A DNA stretch of 63,260 nt, counting the filler, from Intoshia linei (Eukaryota > Animalia > Orthonectida), in assembly GCA_001642005.1 (NCBI GenBank). It is 5 parts of 5 records of this genome, joined end to end, with 100 filler letters (N's around TTAATTAATTAA, not from the genome) between each part and the next. Parts side by side here need not be neighbours in the genome. Positions count along the whole stretch, not along the records: positions 32,523 to 56,017 come from LWCA01000560.1; 4 more parts are not named here. One strand, 5' to 3'. Below, in pieces: positions 38,401-51,200 of this stretch (the stretch's first letter is position 1; every line of letters starts with the position of its first letter). Below the pieces are notes generated by a model. That model was not told the DNA's origin, searched no databases, and was given only the letters and a program-made list of their open reading frames with translations. Both the position numbers and the translations under genes were made by a program.

Positions 38401-39748
38401 TTTGGGCATCCAATTTTATTATTTAATTTTTTTGACGAACGATTATTGAGATACGTTTGTATGCACTTCCTACTTTTTGTTACTGCAATTTTCGACTGGC
38501 TATGCCCTTCCTTTATCATATAATTAATAATTCCCTTTTGTCGTTCATTTAAATATTTTCTTTTAGACATCTTTATTAAAAATTGTGTATTCTATATGTA
38601 TTTATGAATTAGATATATTTTGAAATTAAAAAATTTAGCTTTAGTGCTAATTAATACCTAAAATATAATCTCTTAGAGCACTTTTGTCGCGTGATCAATA
38701 ATGAAAATAAATATTTTGGGGTAATTAGCGATGAATAATTGCAATAAATTATATTTATACACTTTGAAATGTCATATGTAAGTGACATTTATTAAATTTT
38801 ATTTTAATTTTTATCCAGAAAATGGTTTTAATAGCATTTTTATAAGGTGCTTTAACGTTTTGTCGGGGTGTAATTGATTAAATGTAAAGATTGAATACAC
38901 TGGTTTATGTTTACTCCTTTGATTTTATTTTTGATATTTTTAGCTATAATTTTGATGGATACAAAATGCTCACCGTATGAAAAATTGCAAGTTGTTTCAG
39001 GTATTTTTTTGAAATGTCAATTTAATCTAATTAGATACATGTCATTTATTATTTAATGCCATTGGCTTAAATGGAAACAAGCACCCAAATCAAGTACCCA
39101 CGGATGAATTTTTATCGTCATTAATATTATTAATTATTCGTTCTAACCCTTCAAGATTGAAAGCAAATTGTGAATACATTCAACGACTTACATATACCAA
39201 TAGATTACAATTTGGAGAAAGTGCCTTCTTTTTTGTTAATTATGTATTTACATTTAGATTTAAGTTATATTATTTAATTCAATTTTTAGAATTCCGCAAT
39301 AAGCTTTATTGAAAGTATATCTGCCAAATCGTTGAACATTGAATCTCGCCGATTTAAAAATTATATGAATGGTACAGCTTTCCCTCCATCTCACATTTAC
39401 AAATGTGATGGAATTAGACATTTAAAATCTAACGAAAAGAGATTAGCTAGTTTAATTGAAAAACAAGAGTAAGTTTTATTTTACCCTTTGGTATACATTT
39501 GTATTTTTATCATTTATAGACGTTTACAACAGGCTGAGATCAAAATTAAAATAAGCTTTGATGCTTTTATCGCCGAGAGATGCAATCAGTTTTCTGAATT
39601 GAATTCTACATTGGATAATTTTATTAGTAAAATTAAAGACGATTCATTGGAAGATACGGAATCAAATTCTGAAATGGAAAACAGCACAATTAGTCTGGAT
39701 GATAATCTACCTGAAACTGACAATTTGCCGCCACCCCTTATACCTTAA
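35485..39748 (+). CDS. RABGEF1: Rab5 GDP/GTP exchange factor (Rabex-5)
   Basis: A20 zinc finger CRNNCGFYGN...LCSKC, helical bundle DLEFQMKIRKLAWV, VPS9 domain TDEFL...NPSRLKAN..YI.R...GE..FF.N..AISFIE, and C-terminal NLPPPLIP*. Confidence 0.92.
37507..38873 (-). mobile_element. Tc1-like element with a disrupted transposase, in a RABGEF1 intron
   Basis: ORFs 38202-38570 (HTH) and 37741-38097 (FQQDNAPIH, WPPCSPDLNPIENIW). Inverted inner repeats gcgacaaaagtgctctaa / ttagagcacttttgtcgc. Confidence 0.9.
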
Positions 39749-40212
39749 TTTACCAATACGTGTTAATGTAAATTTCTTGTACTAAGCAATGTTCCTTTCA
39801 ATTATTATTCAAATATTAAACATATTTCCGGTATTTTTTTATTAGTATGTTTACAACAAGATTAGTGTATGATTTAGAGTTGGTCAAGTTTAAAAATTAC
39901 AATTTAACAGTTACATTAATATTGTATTAATCAATTAACGTGTAATGTAGTCATTTCTTAGCACTTACATTTTAATGATCAGCGAAAAATTTAATGCAAA
40001 CTGACCGGTTCGTTGTAAAATACATTTTTGAATATCTGCTTTAAAGGGTATGTAAAAGTGAATGCCAAGTTACCAGTGGTTACGTGTTTGTCTAATTTTA
40101 TAAAAAGAAAATTTTTTTTTTATAATAAAATGCTATTTTTTTAATAAAGTGCATAATAGACAAGTTAGTTTGTAAATAATTTAATGGAATCAAAAAAGAA
40201 TCAATTATACAT

Positions 40213-41573
40213 TTAAGGTGCCAATCTAGAAAAGTTCCAACTGTCATTAGATTCATTAAGACAATAAGAAAATCTATCATGAAGTCTAGATCCTTGTCCC
40301 TGCCAAAATTCAAAATTTTTTGGTTTCAAACAATAACCTCCCCTAAAATAATAAATATTATTATATTAAAATGAATTAAAAGGGTGGATATAAATAAACT
40401 CAATTAAAAACCAATAAATACACTTTTTCATGGTTTTGTGTCGACCTTGGTCCATAACATCAAGTCAACTTATTCATTTTTTACATAAGAAAGTGTAACA
40501 TTATTAAAGAACAAAGTTTATCTTAACCAGTAGTCTTTCAGGGTTCTGGGGACGATAAAAATCAAAAGGCACTAAGATCGTCGCGTTTGGTTTAAATTTC
40601 ATAAATAATACATGACGCCTCATGGAAATGAATGTGTCACTGCTTCATTATCATTAAAATTGTTTAAATAATTTTTTAATTTGTAAGTTTCGGATTATAA
40701 TTTTTCCACCACTCTGTATATTGTACAAATACCAATAGTCTGGTTTTTTCAAAATCAGCTGATCTTTATACACTTCTCGACGTTCTTTGAGTTCCTAAAT
40801 GTTAATTGTAATGACAAACTAAAATGGCAACATTTAAAGAGATACTTTCACTTTGTGGACTAATAATTGCATCAATTTGATTAATTCGCGGTCTAGATTG
40901 GAAATATTCATTAGAATCATTAATAGAGGTTTTAGCTACGACACCCTCGATTCTAATCTTAATAAAAGTTAAAATGTAGTATTTTTTTCAACTTGTCTAT
41001 GTAAGGAAGGCCAAAAAAACAATAGTGCTGCTGAATCGTTCATTTTCTAATTTTTAAAATATAAATCATGAATTAATTAACATTACCAAGTCATTTCCTT
41101 TTCTACTTTTGTAGTTTGTATAAAAAATAACACCGTCATCAGAAAATCCACGCATCAATACCATCCGTAATGATGGTTTACCGTTACTAAATTTTGATTA
41201 AAAGTTATTACTTTTAATACGGATTGGCAGTAGCTAAAGACATTGCATTTGGCTCTTTAATACAATCTTTAGCCAAATTGTACCATTCTTCAAATAGTCG
41301 GAATGGATTGGCTTCTTTGTATGAGATTTCATTCAATCTGTCATTAGATCCAAAATATTCATATCGAGTATATCTTACTATAATGTTGTTTAAGTTTATT
41401 AATATGCAATTAGTTTTCCTTGAAAACATTTTAATTTCACGGAATAAATTGTATATTTAAAAATTTTAACAATATACCACTTTCATCCATGCTTCCAAAG
41501 CTAATATCTATAATTAAGGATAATATTCATAGAAACAAAATAATCATGTTCTACTTTTGGACAAAATGCACAT
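40213..41573 (-). CDS. PNPO: Pyridoxine/pyridoxamine 5'-phosphate oxidase
   Basis: [18 protein letters not shown]|[19 protein letters not shown]|[11 protein letters not shown]|IRIEG..YFQSRP..SPQS|KPDYW|GGY..EFWQG..RLHDRF..RLAP*. The start codon is uncertain (41573, 41490 or further upstream). Confidence 0.93.
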
Positions 41574-42210
41574 CAATCTCTGAATATAGAGAAATCATTT
41601 TAATGTCATGTTTTATGGGTTAACAATTAACTACGGTCTTAATTTTCCAACTAAAATTGAAACGTCTGAAATAATGAAGGATAGTTCGTGTTTGTCACCT
41701 ATGTGGTCTCGTATTGATGGGAATGTCGCTTTGACTTTAGAAATATGTAGATTTCTTCGACCTTTGCTTAGAGTCACAAACTCCAAAAAGGAACAGGTGT
41801 CACTGATAACTTATCACATAATCCAGGAATATCCTGAATAAACACCAGTCTAACTATATAAGGTTAACAAGAAAGGAAAGAGACATTGCATGGTCAGTAA
41901 AAAATTTATTAATTTATAAAATTCTTAATTTTATTATTATTACCTGATCGCTCTTAAGTGTTTAAATTAAAGAATGATACTATACTTGATTAAGATTCCA
42001 AATTAGACCAGCGATTAATTCTGAATTTCAAAAATAAAGACAATATTTTGGTAGTTGACAATATTATATTGTAATCTTAAAGAGATGGAATGTGATACAT
42101 ATAAAAATGTTAAGAATAATATTAATATAAAGTTATTTATTGCAAATAAATAAAGACACAATTATCATTCATTTTAACTTCTTATGTAATCAATTCAATT
42201 TAATATAGTA

Positions 42211-45200
42211 ATGAAAAATTATTTATACATAACTATCTTGATCTTATGTTTATTAGTTTATTTGAACGGTAATTTTGAACCATGTTAAAAATTTGTAAAA
42301 ATTAATTTCAAATAGGTTGTAATCTTAATGAATATATTGTTAAGGATTGGTTTAAATCATATTGCAAACGTAGGATTATCTCAATTAATTAACTAAAAAG
42401 TTATTTAGGTTGTCCTTATTTATGCGCATCCTGCAAAATAGGTGGTCCTATCGGTCATTGTGATTCTTGTTATGATGGTTACTACCGATCATTTGGTTAC
42501 TGTAAAAGTAAAAAATAAATTATACATTATTACATATTCCAATTTTAAGATATTAATTTCATTTTTTTATAAATTGTTAGTCATAAAATAAAAATAGTCT
42601 TTCTAGCACCACTAAAATTTATTCTAGCGCCCCTGTTAACAAACTCTGAGTAAACGTTTAACATGTTGTCTTTTCACGGGGTATATACTTTTGTGATATA
42701 ATTAAGGTTATATTGATTAATTTACATTTTTATATTATCGATATATCAATCAATATTATATACTAGATTGACTGTTATGTACTACGTACAAACAGCACCT
42801 AGCTCTGCCAAGGGCACATTTTTAGTCTACCAAAAAAAGAAATTCACGTTGAAAATCTAACTTAAAAATCCTACTATTCACTATTATCAATCCATTAAAG
42901 GAGTGGTTCCCAAACCTGTTTCAGGTGATCAAATGTTAACAAACAAAAAATTAAGATGGAATAATTCACTTTAAAGTAAAAAGTAATGCGATGTGATGGT
43001 TCCACCTGAAACAAGTTTGGGAACCACTCTTTTAAAGGATTGATAATAGTGATTAGTAGGATTTTTAAATTAGACTTTCATCGTGAATTTCTTTTTTTGG
43101 TAGACTAAAAATGTGCCCTTGGCAGAGCTAGGTGATGTTGGTGCGTAGTACATAACGGTCAACCTAGTTATTATTACAATATTAATAAACTTATTATAAT
43201 ACATGTAATCACTATTTACTAAATACTGTATCGTATTATATCACAATATTTGAATAGGATGCCACTCTGTATGTGCAACATGTAACGGAGAAGGATTAAA
43301 AGACTGTATTACATGTTCTGTTGGATTTTTAACCCAAGATCTTATTTGTAAAAGTAAATTTAATATTGAATTGATTAGGTTTATTATTCTTACCCAAAAC
43401 GATAAATAAATTTACTATGTATCTCATATTAGATTTCACATTTAAAAAATTCTCGTCACATTTCGGTGGCCAGTGGCCACCAGTATAATTGTGTGCCTAA
43501 TTATTAACCAATATTATATATTTCATATTTCAGCTTGTAAAACAAATGAATATATCGAAACTAATGGAGACGCATGGTATTGTGCTGGTATTTACAGAAA
43601 CATTAATATGCATAAAATAGTAATATTCTAGCCTGTGATACATCATGTCAAACTTGTAGTGGCCCTCAATATAAAGAATGCATTCAGTGTCCGTTTGATA
43701 GATATAAAAATAGATACCATGAATGCCAGAGTTATATTAATATTGTTCATACATTTTTATTACATTTTAGAATGTGGGAAGAGAGAATTTTTAGATTCAC
43801 CAAATGAAGACAGACAATGTGCAAGTAAATATTAAATATAGACATTCAGGTGTGCATTAAGTTTGATAGTTTCGGTTTTATTAGAAAATTTTAATCATTA
43901 TTGACACCTCGAAATAATAATGTCGTTTATTAAATTAAAAAATATATTTTTAAATGCCTCATTTGGAAAAATAAGTTTTCATTGCACAAAAAGTTTGTTA
44001 TATATGTCTCTCCCGAAGAAGGTATCGGGTAGAGTATGTTCGGCTCTGTATTAATATGCAAAAATGATTTCTATATTTTTTTTCTAAAAAAATAGTGGGT
44101 GCGTAGAAAATTATAATCTAACTAAAGCAGGGCGCACAACCTTTTCAACAATTTAGCCGCAAAGCTATTTTACTCATTGATACTACAAAATAAAAATATT
44201 TTAAATTATCCTTGAATAAAATCTGATTAGAATTTTATCAATTTGACGTAAAATGGTATACATGATAAACAGTCAAATATATTTTATTGCACAATAAAGC
44301 AAATACAAAATTTAAATTAAGTGATTTTAAAAGTTTTTAATTTGAAGTAAAGTGATATGTTGCATTATAATCACATGGATTTCTCACGGCCGCAGGTAGT
44401 GCATCCCTGAACTAGAGGGTTCGGTAATATGTTTTTGGGCCACTAACATACATCACGACTATAAAATTAATGTCACTGTTAAAAATCGAATCAATTTGAT
44501 ATTTTAATTAACTTAATATTAATTAATGGTAAACTTACATATTTTTTACTATACCCGTCTGACTTGAAGTATCTAAAATCTGAAATGCAAAATTTGTCAA
44601 ATATACGTTTGCCATAATGCTCATTAATTAATTATAAAATTATTTATTTACTGTTAATGTTAATATAGAATGTCATAAATCATGTAAAACTTGCATCGAA
44701 AGATCTACAAATTGTTTGACTTGTAATTCGGATAAATTTATGACCGAAAACAATGTTTGTTCCCGTAATTTATAACTACAACAGTTTATTTATATTAGCG
44801 GTTCATCAATGATGGTACTGACACACAGAGTTTATATTTACACTTGTGTGAGCCTGCAACTCATACTTTTTTATTTGATAACATTATATGCAATACAAAG
44901 CATTTTTATAAGGTTTGGTGAAATTACTAATGTCCATAGTTGCACAATGTGCAACTATGTGCAATAGGGCTATTCTAATATTTTAATATAAAAATGACAT
45001 ACATAGAAAATGAGAACCGGTTAATTTCCTGCAGAATGATATTAATCAGTGTTAATAAATTTAAATATAAATTTTACTACAAATTTTCAATTTATCTAAA
45101 CTAAGTGGCCAGAAAAATACGTACTGTCACTTTTAGTTTATTTTGGAATAAATTTTAAGCCGAAAATTTTTATTTGTCTACAATGGTACTTAAAAAATAT

Positions 45201-48200
45201 TTGAGCAAAAGCATTTAAAATATTTGACCCAATTCATATAAATTAATGTCTTTTTTTTGAAATTATATAATTTTTTTTAAAATGAATTTGTCCGTAAAAG
45301 TGTCTAAAATAAACGATTTTTTATTGATATTTAACCATTTAATATAATATGATAATAATAACATGATTAGTGTCACATAATTTATGTTATATCTTAAAAT
45401 TATAACAAATACAAGGCAATTACGGAATAAAAAATGTTGCCATATTTTTTTACTATGAAAAATGTTAGGAAAACTGAAAAAAGTAAAGACGCGGGGGTTT
45501 TTTGTTACAAAAATAAAAAAAATATATCATTCTGCAACAAATTATTATCTATATACTATGTTTTTTTTAAATTTCAAAAAAAAGTCCAAATTGTAATGTA
45601 ATGTGTATACTATACACATTAATTTATGGACTAATATAACTTATAACATTATACACTGATTAAACTTTTGATTCGGCAAAATTCTACTTACCTTGAAGAG
45701 GCTCTTGAAAACGCATAAAAAAATGTTGTTCCCATGGAAATGTTTTTTATTTTTTGAACGTATCTAATACACGTATATGTATAATATACATTATATATAC
45801 ATGTATACATAATCGAAATCTTGCAGCCTGTGGGCCGCTATTGTGAAACCCTTACTATCTACAATTTGCAGTGTATTTTTAATAATAAATGTAAATAGCA
45901 TGTCACAGATCCTGTAAAAAATGTAATGGAAGCACAGCTAATGATTGTACGCATTGTGATGAATACAGATATTTAAATGATGACTCCGAGTGTGCCAGTA
46001 ATATTAAGAAATATTATAAAAATATCAATAAATGTGTTAAATGTATTTTAGTATGTCCAAGTACTGGTCACATAAGTATCACAGATGAAGAAACAAGACA
46101 TGGAAATTGTCAAGGTATATTATAAAGACTATACGACAGAGTCTAAATCTACAATTTATCTTATAGTTTGCCTCGAAAATGAATATTTAGTTATTTTGAT
46201 TCCTGAAAAACAAATTGGATATTGTAAACGTAATTTGGTAATTTCCAAAAGCTAAACAAATTTTAGAGTGTGATCAACATGAATTTTTAACAATCACGGA
46301 TAAATCAATAAAAAAAGGGTTCTGTACAGGTTAATTACTTACTTAAAATATGAAAATGTACTTTTAATATATGATATACAATGTATGTATGTAATAACTA
46401 TATAATTCATAGAATGCCACGAAAATTGTAAAACGTGCAGTGGTGTTTTAAAAACAGATTGCTTAGATTGTATCGGTACCAAATACTTGTCATCAAATTT
46501 TGAATGTCTACGTAATTTTATTTTTTCTTGTATCAGATGTTTACATTAGTTTTGGCGATATATAAAAATTTACCGGTAAAAATGTTTCTGTAAATTAAAT
46601 TATGTAAATATTATAAATATAATTGTATTAATCTATTTATTTTAAATTATGATTGAATCTTTTTTATTGCAATGTCTATTACTATAATCATTAATGTGGT
46701 ATATGAACCAAACCATATAAATATTATATATCTTTGAAACCAGCGTTAAATTATCTACAAGATATTATTTAGGTATTATTTTTATGCAAATCTATTTTTC
46801 AGTGTAGACTAGTGTTATAAAAATTAAATTTGTTTTTAATATTTTAATAAAATTTACTTCATACATAAAATGTATCGGTAAATTGCCAAACATAATTTAC
46901 ATACTCCACTTTTTAATTATATCAGATATATAATAATAAATATGTAATTATATAAATAAAATTTTATTTAAATATTTCATGTGTGAAGTTTTAAAAACTG
47001 GTCAAGTAGAATTTTTTTATATAAAAAAGTGGACTACGAGATGAAAAAGGTTGCCGACCCTGCTTTATATAATGTATACATTTATATATATCCGGCACAG
47101 AATCTCTTAAGTATCCTTAATTTTTTGGTTGACCATTTTTATCCATGTGAATTGAAAATATCCACATATACAAATGTAGATTCTAAATTGTTATTTAGCA
47201 TGTGAAAATGGGTATATACAAAGAAAAGATACCGAAAATGAGTATAACTCGTGTCAAGGTAATCATTATCTAAAACTACAGTCCAACCCGGTTTGGGCGA
47301 ACCTTTGAATAGGGGAACCCTCGATTTTTTGCGTACTTTTTCAATATAGTGTTAGTTTTATAGTATTGTGTACTATTTACTATATATTAGTGTCAAATAC
47401 ATCTTGTTTTGTGGCACTTTATTTTTTAACAAAAATTAAATTATATATAACAAAAAATAGAAATAGCTAAATTGAAAGCTTTAAAATAAAAAGTTGTTTG
47501 AACGAAAACTATATGTAATTTATGCAACGAGTAAAGGAACAATATCTGGAATTAAAAATGAAATTGTACCACTTTTGAGTAATACAGTAATGAGTTTTAG
47601 TTTTGATGAAGCAATAATGTCAACAAGCCGACTTAATTTTTTGTTGTTTTTTTGATTTGAAGATAATTTAAAATTTTGATACCAAATTTTATTAAGAATT
47701 TTATGAATATAGAAAAACAAACATATAAGATTTATAACACGGTGCAACAAAATAAAAAATTTTTAAAGGTAACCGAATAATTTTAATTTAGTAGTGATCT
47801 ACTCATTACAATGGTATATAATATTACATTTTTACAGATCGTTAAACTCACATTATATATACGTGAAAGTGCGCATTTTAATAAAAAAGTGTTCTATGCA
47901 AGTGTAAATTAATATAAATGTGTAAATCTGATTTAAAAAAAAAATTTCATTAATATATGAGTTATTTTGGGTGGCTTTACGATTCTATAATTTTAATTTA
48001 TATTTGTCATCAGAAATCATTAAAATCAATGACCATTCAATTTGGTTTTTTTTGAGATAAAATAATAAAATTTAAAAATATGGAAGATTCATTCATTAGC
48101 TATTTTTTACACTTCACTGGTTGGTTCAGATCAGCCGCCATAAAGAAATTTTCATTTTAAATTATGCACGTTAAGAAATAAACTGAAAAAAATTAAAATA

Positions 48201-51200
48201 ATGACAGAAAACATTAGAATGACAAACAAATCGTTGGAATATTGTTGTATTTTATTAAAATTTTATATTAACCAATTAATATATATACATATTAATGTTT
48301 TACCGAGATCATTCACAAAAAATCTCAAAATTTAAATTATTACCTCAAAATAAGTTCATGTGGGTTAAAATAGTCATGTAAATATCTAGAATTTTAAAAG
48401 ATGCAAAAATTTTCGAAGACGATCACTAAAAAAAATCTGAAAAAAACTACCTACTCCATGAACTGAGACCATTATAATCCTTAGTTATATATAATATGCT
48501 TTGTTTGTCTGTATGTGTTATCGTTTATTTCAATAACTACCAGTCTTAGAATTTTATTTTGTCCACATTTCTATTAGTGTTATTTGCAGGGTGAAAGTAA
48601 GATAAATTTCAACTTTCCCAACCTCACATATTATGGGTCAAAACGCCCAATTGTACTTTTTTTTGAAATTCAAACGTGTTCAAGAATTTAAAAAAATAAA
48701 TCTTCAAGGCCAAAACCTCAAATGACCCTTTTTTTTAATGAAAACAGCTCTAGAATTTAAACAAATTTACAGGTGGTACAGTTGTATCCTGTTAACACAC
48801 ACACAAAAATTTCAAGCTGATTAAGCAACGCATTCACGATCAAAAAAACACTTTAGTACATATTTGAATTCATATTTTTTACTTTGAAACTATTTAATTA
48901 AAACAAAAAATGTGAAATAATTAACAGTTTAAAAATTAAAAAAAAAATTAATATGATAGAGCTTATTCCAGTTGATATAAATACAAAATTTCAATCCCAA
49001 AAATCTACGCATTCCCGGTAAAAAATAATTTTTAATATATTATCAACCAATGTTTTTCAAATATTTCGATTAAAATAAAAATTGAAAATGTAAATATGAT
49101 CCTACAATTTCAAAAAAATGTGCATTTGAACGTCTACACATTTTCAATAAATATAAGTGAAATTCTATATAATTCATTCTTTTGGAATTTTATTCATTGC
49201 TACGCAATTTTTAAATATTAAATTTTCATTTTTAAAACATTTTGTTTAAAATTTAAATTAAAACTACAACAACGAATTACTAAAAGTATACAACTTTGAT
49301 TATTATTATTTAATTAAATACTATCATTGTTCAATTAATTTAATATTTTAAAGAATTTTATTATTACCTTCAGTTTTTGGGGCACTTAGCAAAGAAGGTA
49401 TCCCAAAACGGGGTTATATTGTTTAATGTTTACATAGTGTACGTATAGAATGCACAAAAGGAGAATATCTGTTAATTATAAATGAGGATAACAGAGATGG
49501 AAGATGCAATGGTATTTATTTTTATTTTTAAAATTGATGTGCAATTTGCATACGATTTGTATTTAATTTACAATAAAAGTATATAGTATGTAATGTGAAT
49601 TGTTTGGAATGCAATGAATCTCCGAATTCTTGTACAAAATGTAGATTTCATGAATATGTCACCCCATTAAAAAAATGTGAAGGTTAATTAAAATCGTACA
49701 ATGCACATTTTATAATTACAATTTAGAATGCTCCCCAGAATGTTTAGAGTGCAATGGACCGACGAGGTTTAACTGTATCAAATGTATCCAACGCTTTTAC
49801 ATCCATGCGGAAGGATTTTGTTCAGGTCAACATTTAAAATCAGTTATTAGAAGTTGATTTTAAAACATACATATTATAAGTTGTTCCAACAGACTGACTA
49901 TTATTTTATAGATAAAGATTACAAATTAAATTAAATTTTAATTGACTCTGAGTCATGAAATTTGTACCGTTATGCTGTCCCATTTTTTTGAAATTGTAGG
50001 ATCAATATTTACATTTTTAATTTTTATTTTAATCAAGATATTTGAAAAATATTGGTTGATGATATAATAAAAATTAATTTTCACTGGGAATGCGTAGATT
50101 TCTGGGATTAAAATTTTGTATTTATATCAACTGGAATAAGCTCTATTAGAATAATTTTTTTTTTTAAAGGTTAAACTTTTGTATTTATATCAACTGGAAT
50201 AAGCTCTATCAGAATAATTTTTTTTTTTAAATTTGGATCGTTAATTATTTCACATTTTTTGATTTAATAAAATATTTCGGAAAAAAATATATAAATACTA
50301 AAATGAATTTTTGACTGTGAAGGCGTCAATTATTCAGATTGAAATTTTTTGTGTGTGGTAACAGGATACAACTGAACAACCTATAAATTTTTTGAAATTC
50401 TAGAGCTGTTTTCATTAAAAAAAGAAGGGTAATTTGAGGTTTTGGCACCCTGAAGATATATTTTTTTTAAATTTAAATTTATGATAATATTTATGATTTT
50501 AAAATTCGTATCAGCGTATAAATTATTTTAGATTCTCTAACTCGTTGGATTTTTAAAAAAAAGTACAATTGGGGTTTTTGATCCGTAATATGTGAGTTTG
50601 GGAGGTTAAAATTTATTTTGCTAACACTCCCGGAAAAAACTGTAATTGAAATGTGGACTTTATAAAATTCTAAGACTGGTTGTTATTGAAATAAAGTAGA
50701 ACACACACACAAACAAATATTGCGTAGAATATTATATAAGTATGGATAATTATAAATTTACATATTAATATTAAAATTTTTAGAATGTAATAAACTTTGC
50801 TATAATTGTTTTGGAGGTCAGTCAAACCAATGCTTATCATGTCATTCCAGCATGTATGTTTCAACGTCGCATATATGTGAATGTAAATTTTAATTGATTA
50901 CAAATTTGTGAAATAATACCATGTTATTTTAGCTTGCGATTTAATCGATAATTGTGAACAATGCACTGGAGTAACCTGTGGAAGGTGCTATATAGGATAC
51001 GCAATTATAGAGAAAAAATGCATTCGTGAGTGTTTTATACGTCTTATTTAATTTACATTATTAATTATAAATTATCAAAATAATTAAAATTTTTTTAGCC
51101 TGTAAGTTCTTTAAAAACTGCATAAATTGCAATGGAGATATTTGTACAAGGTGCAATTATGGTTATAGAATTCATCTAAATAATTTATGTTTGCGTATAT

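Noticed and set aside
41660-41870. U3, RNase P/MRP, SRP or telomerase RNA
   Set aside because: The diagnostic boxes (U3 C/D, GAAAGUCCCC, SRP helix 8, CUAACCCU template) were not convincingly present. It is kept only as an unclassified candidate.
44799-44860. Extra cassette exon after a TAG acceptor in the Cys-rich gene
   Set aside because: The phase-1 frame hits TGA within five codons and lacks the x-Cys start.
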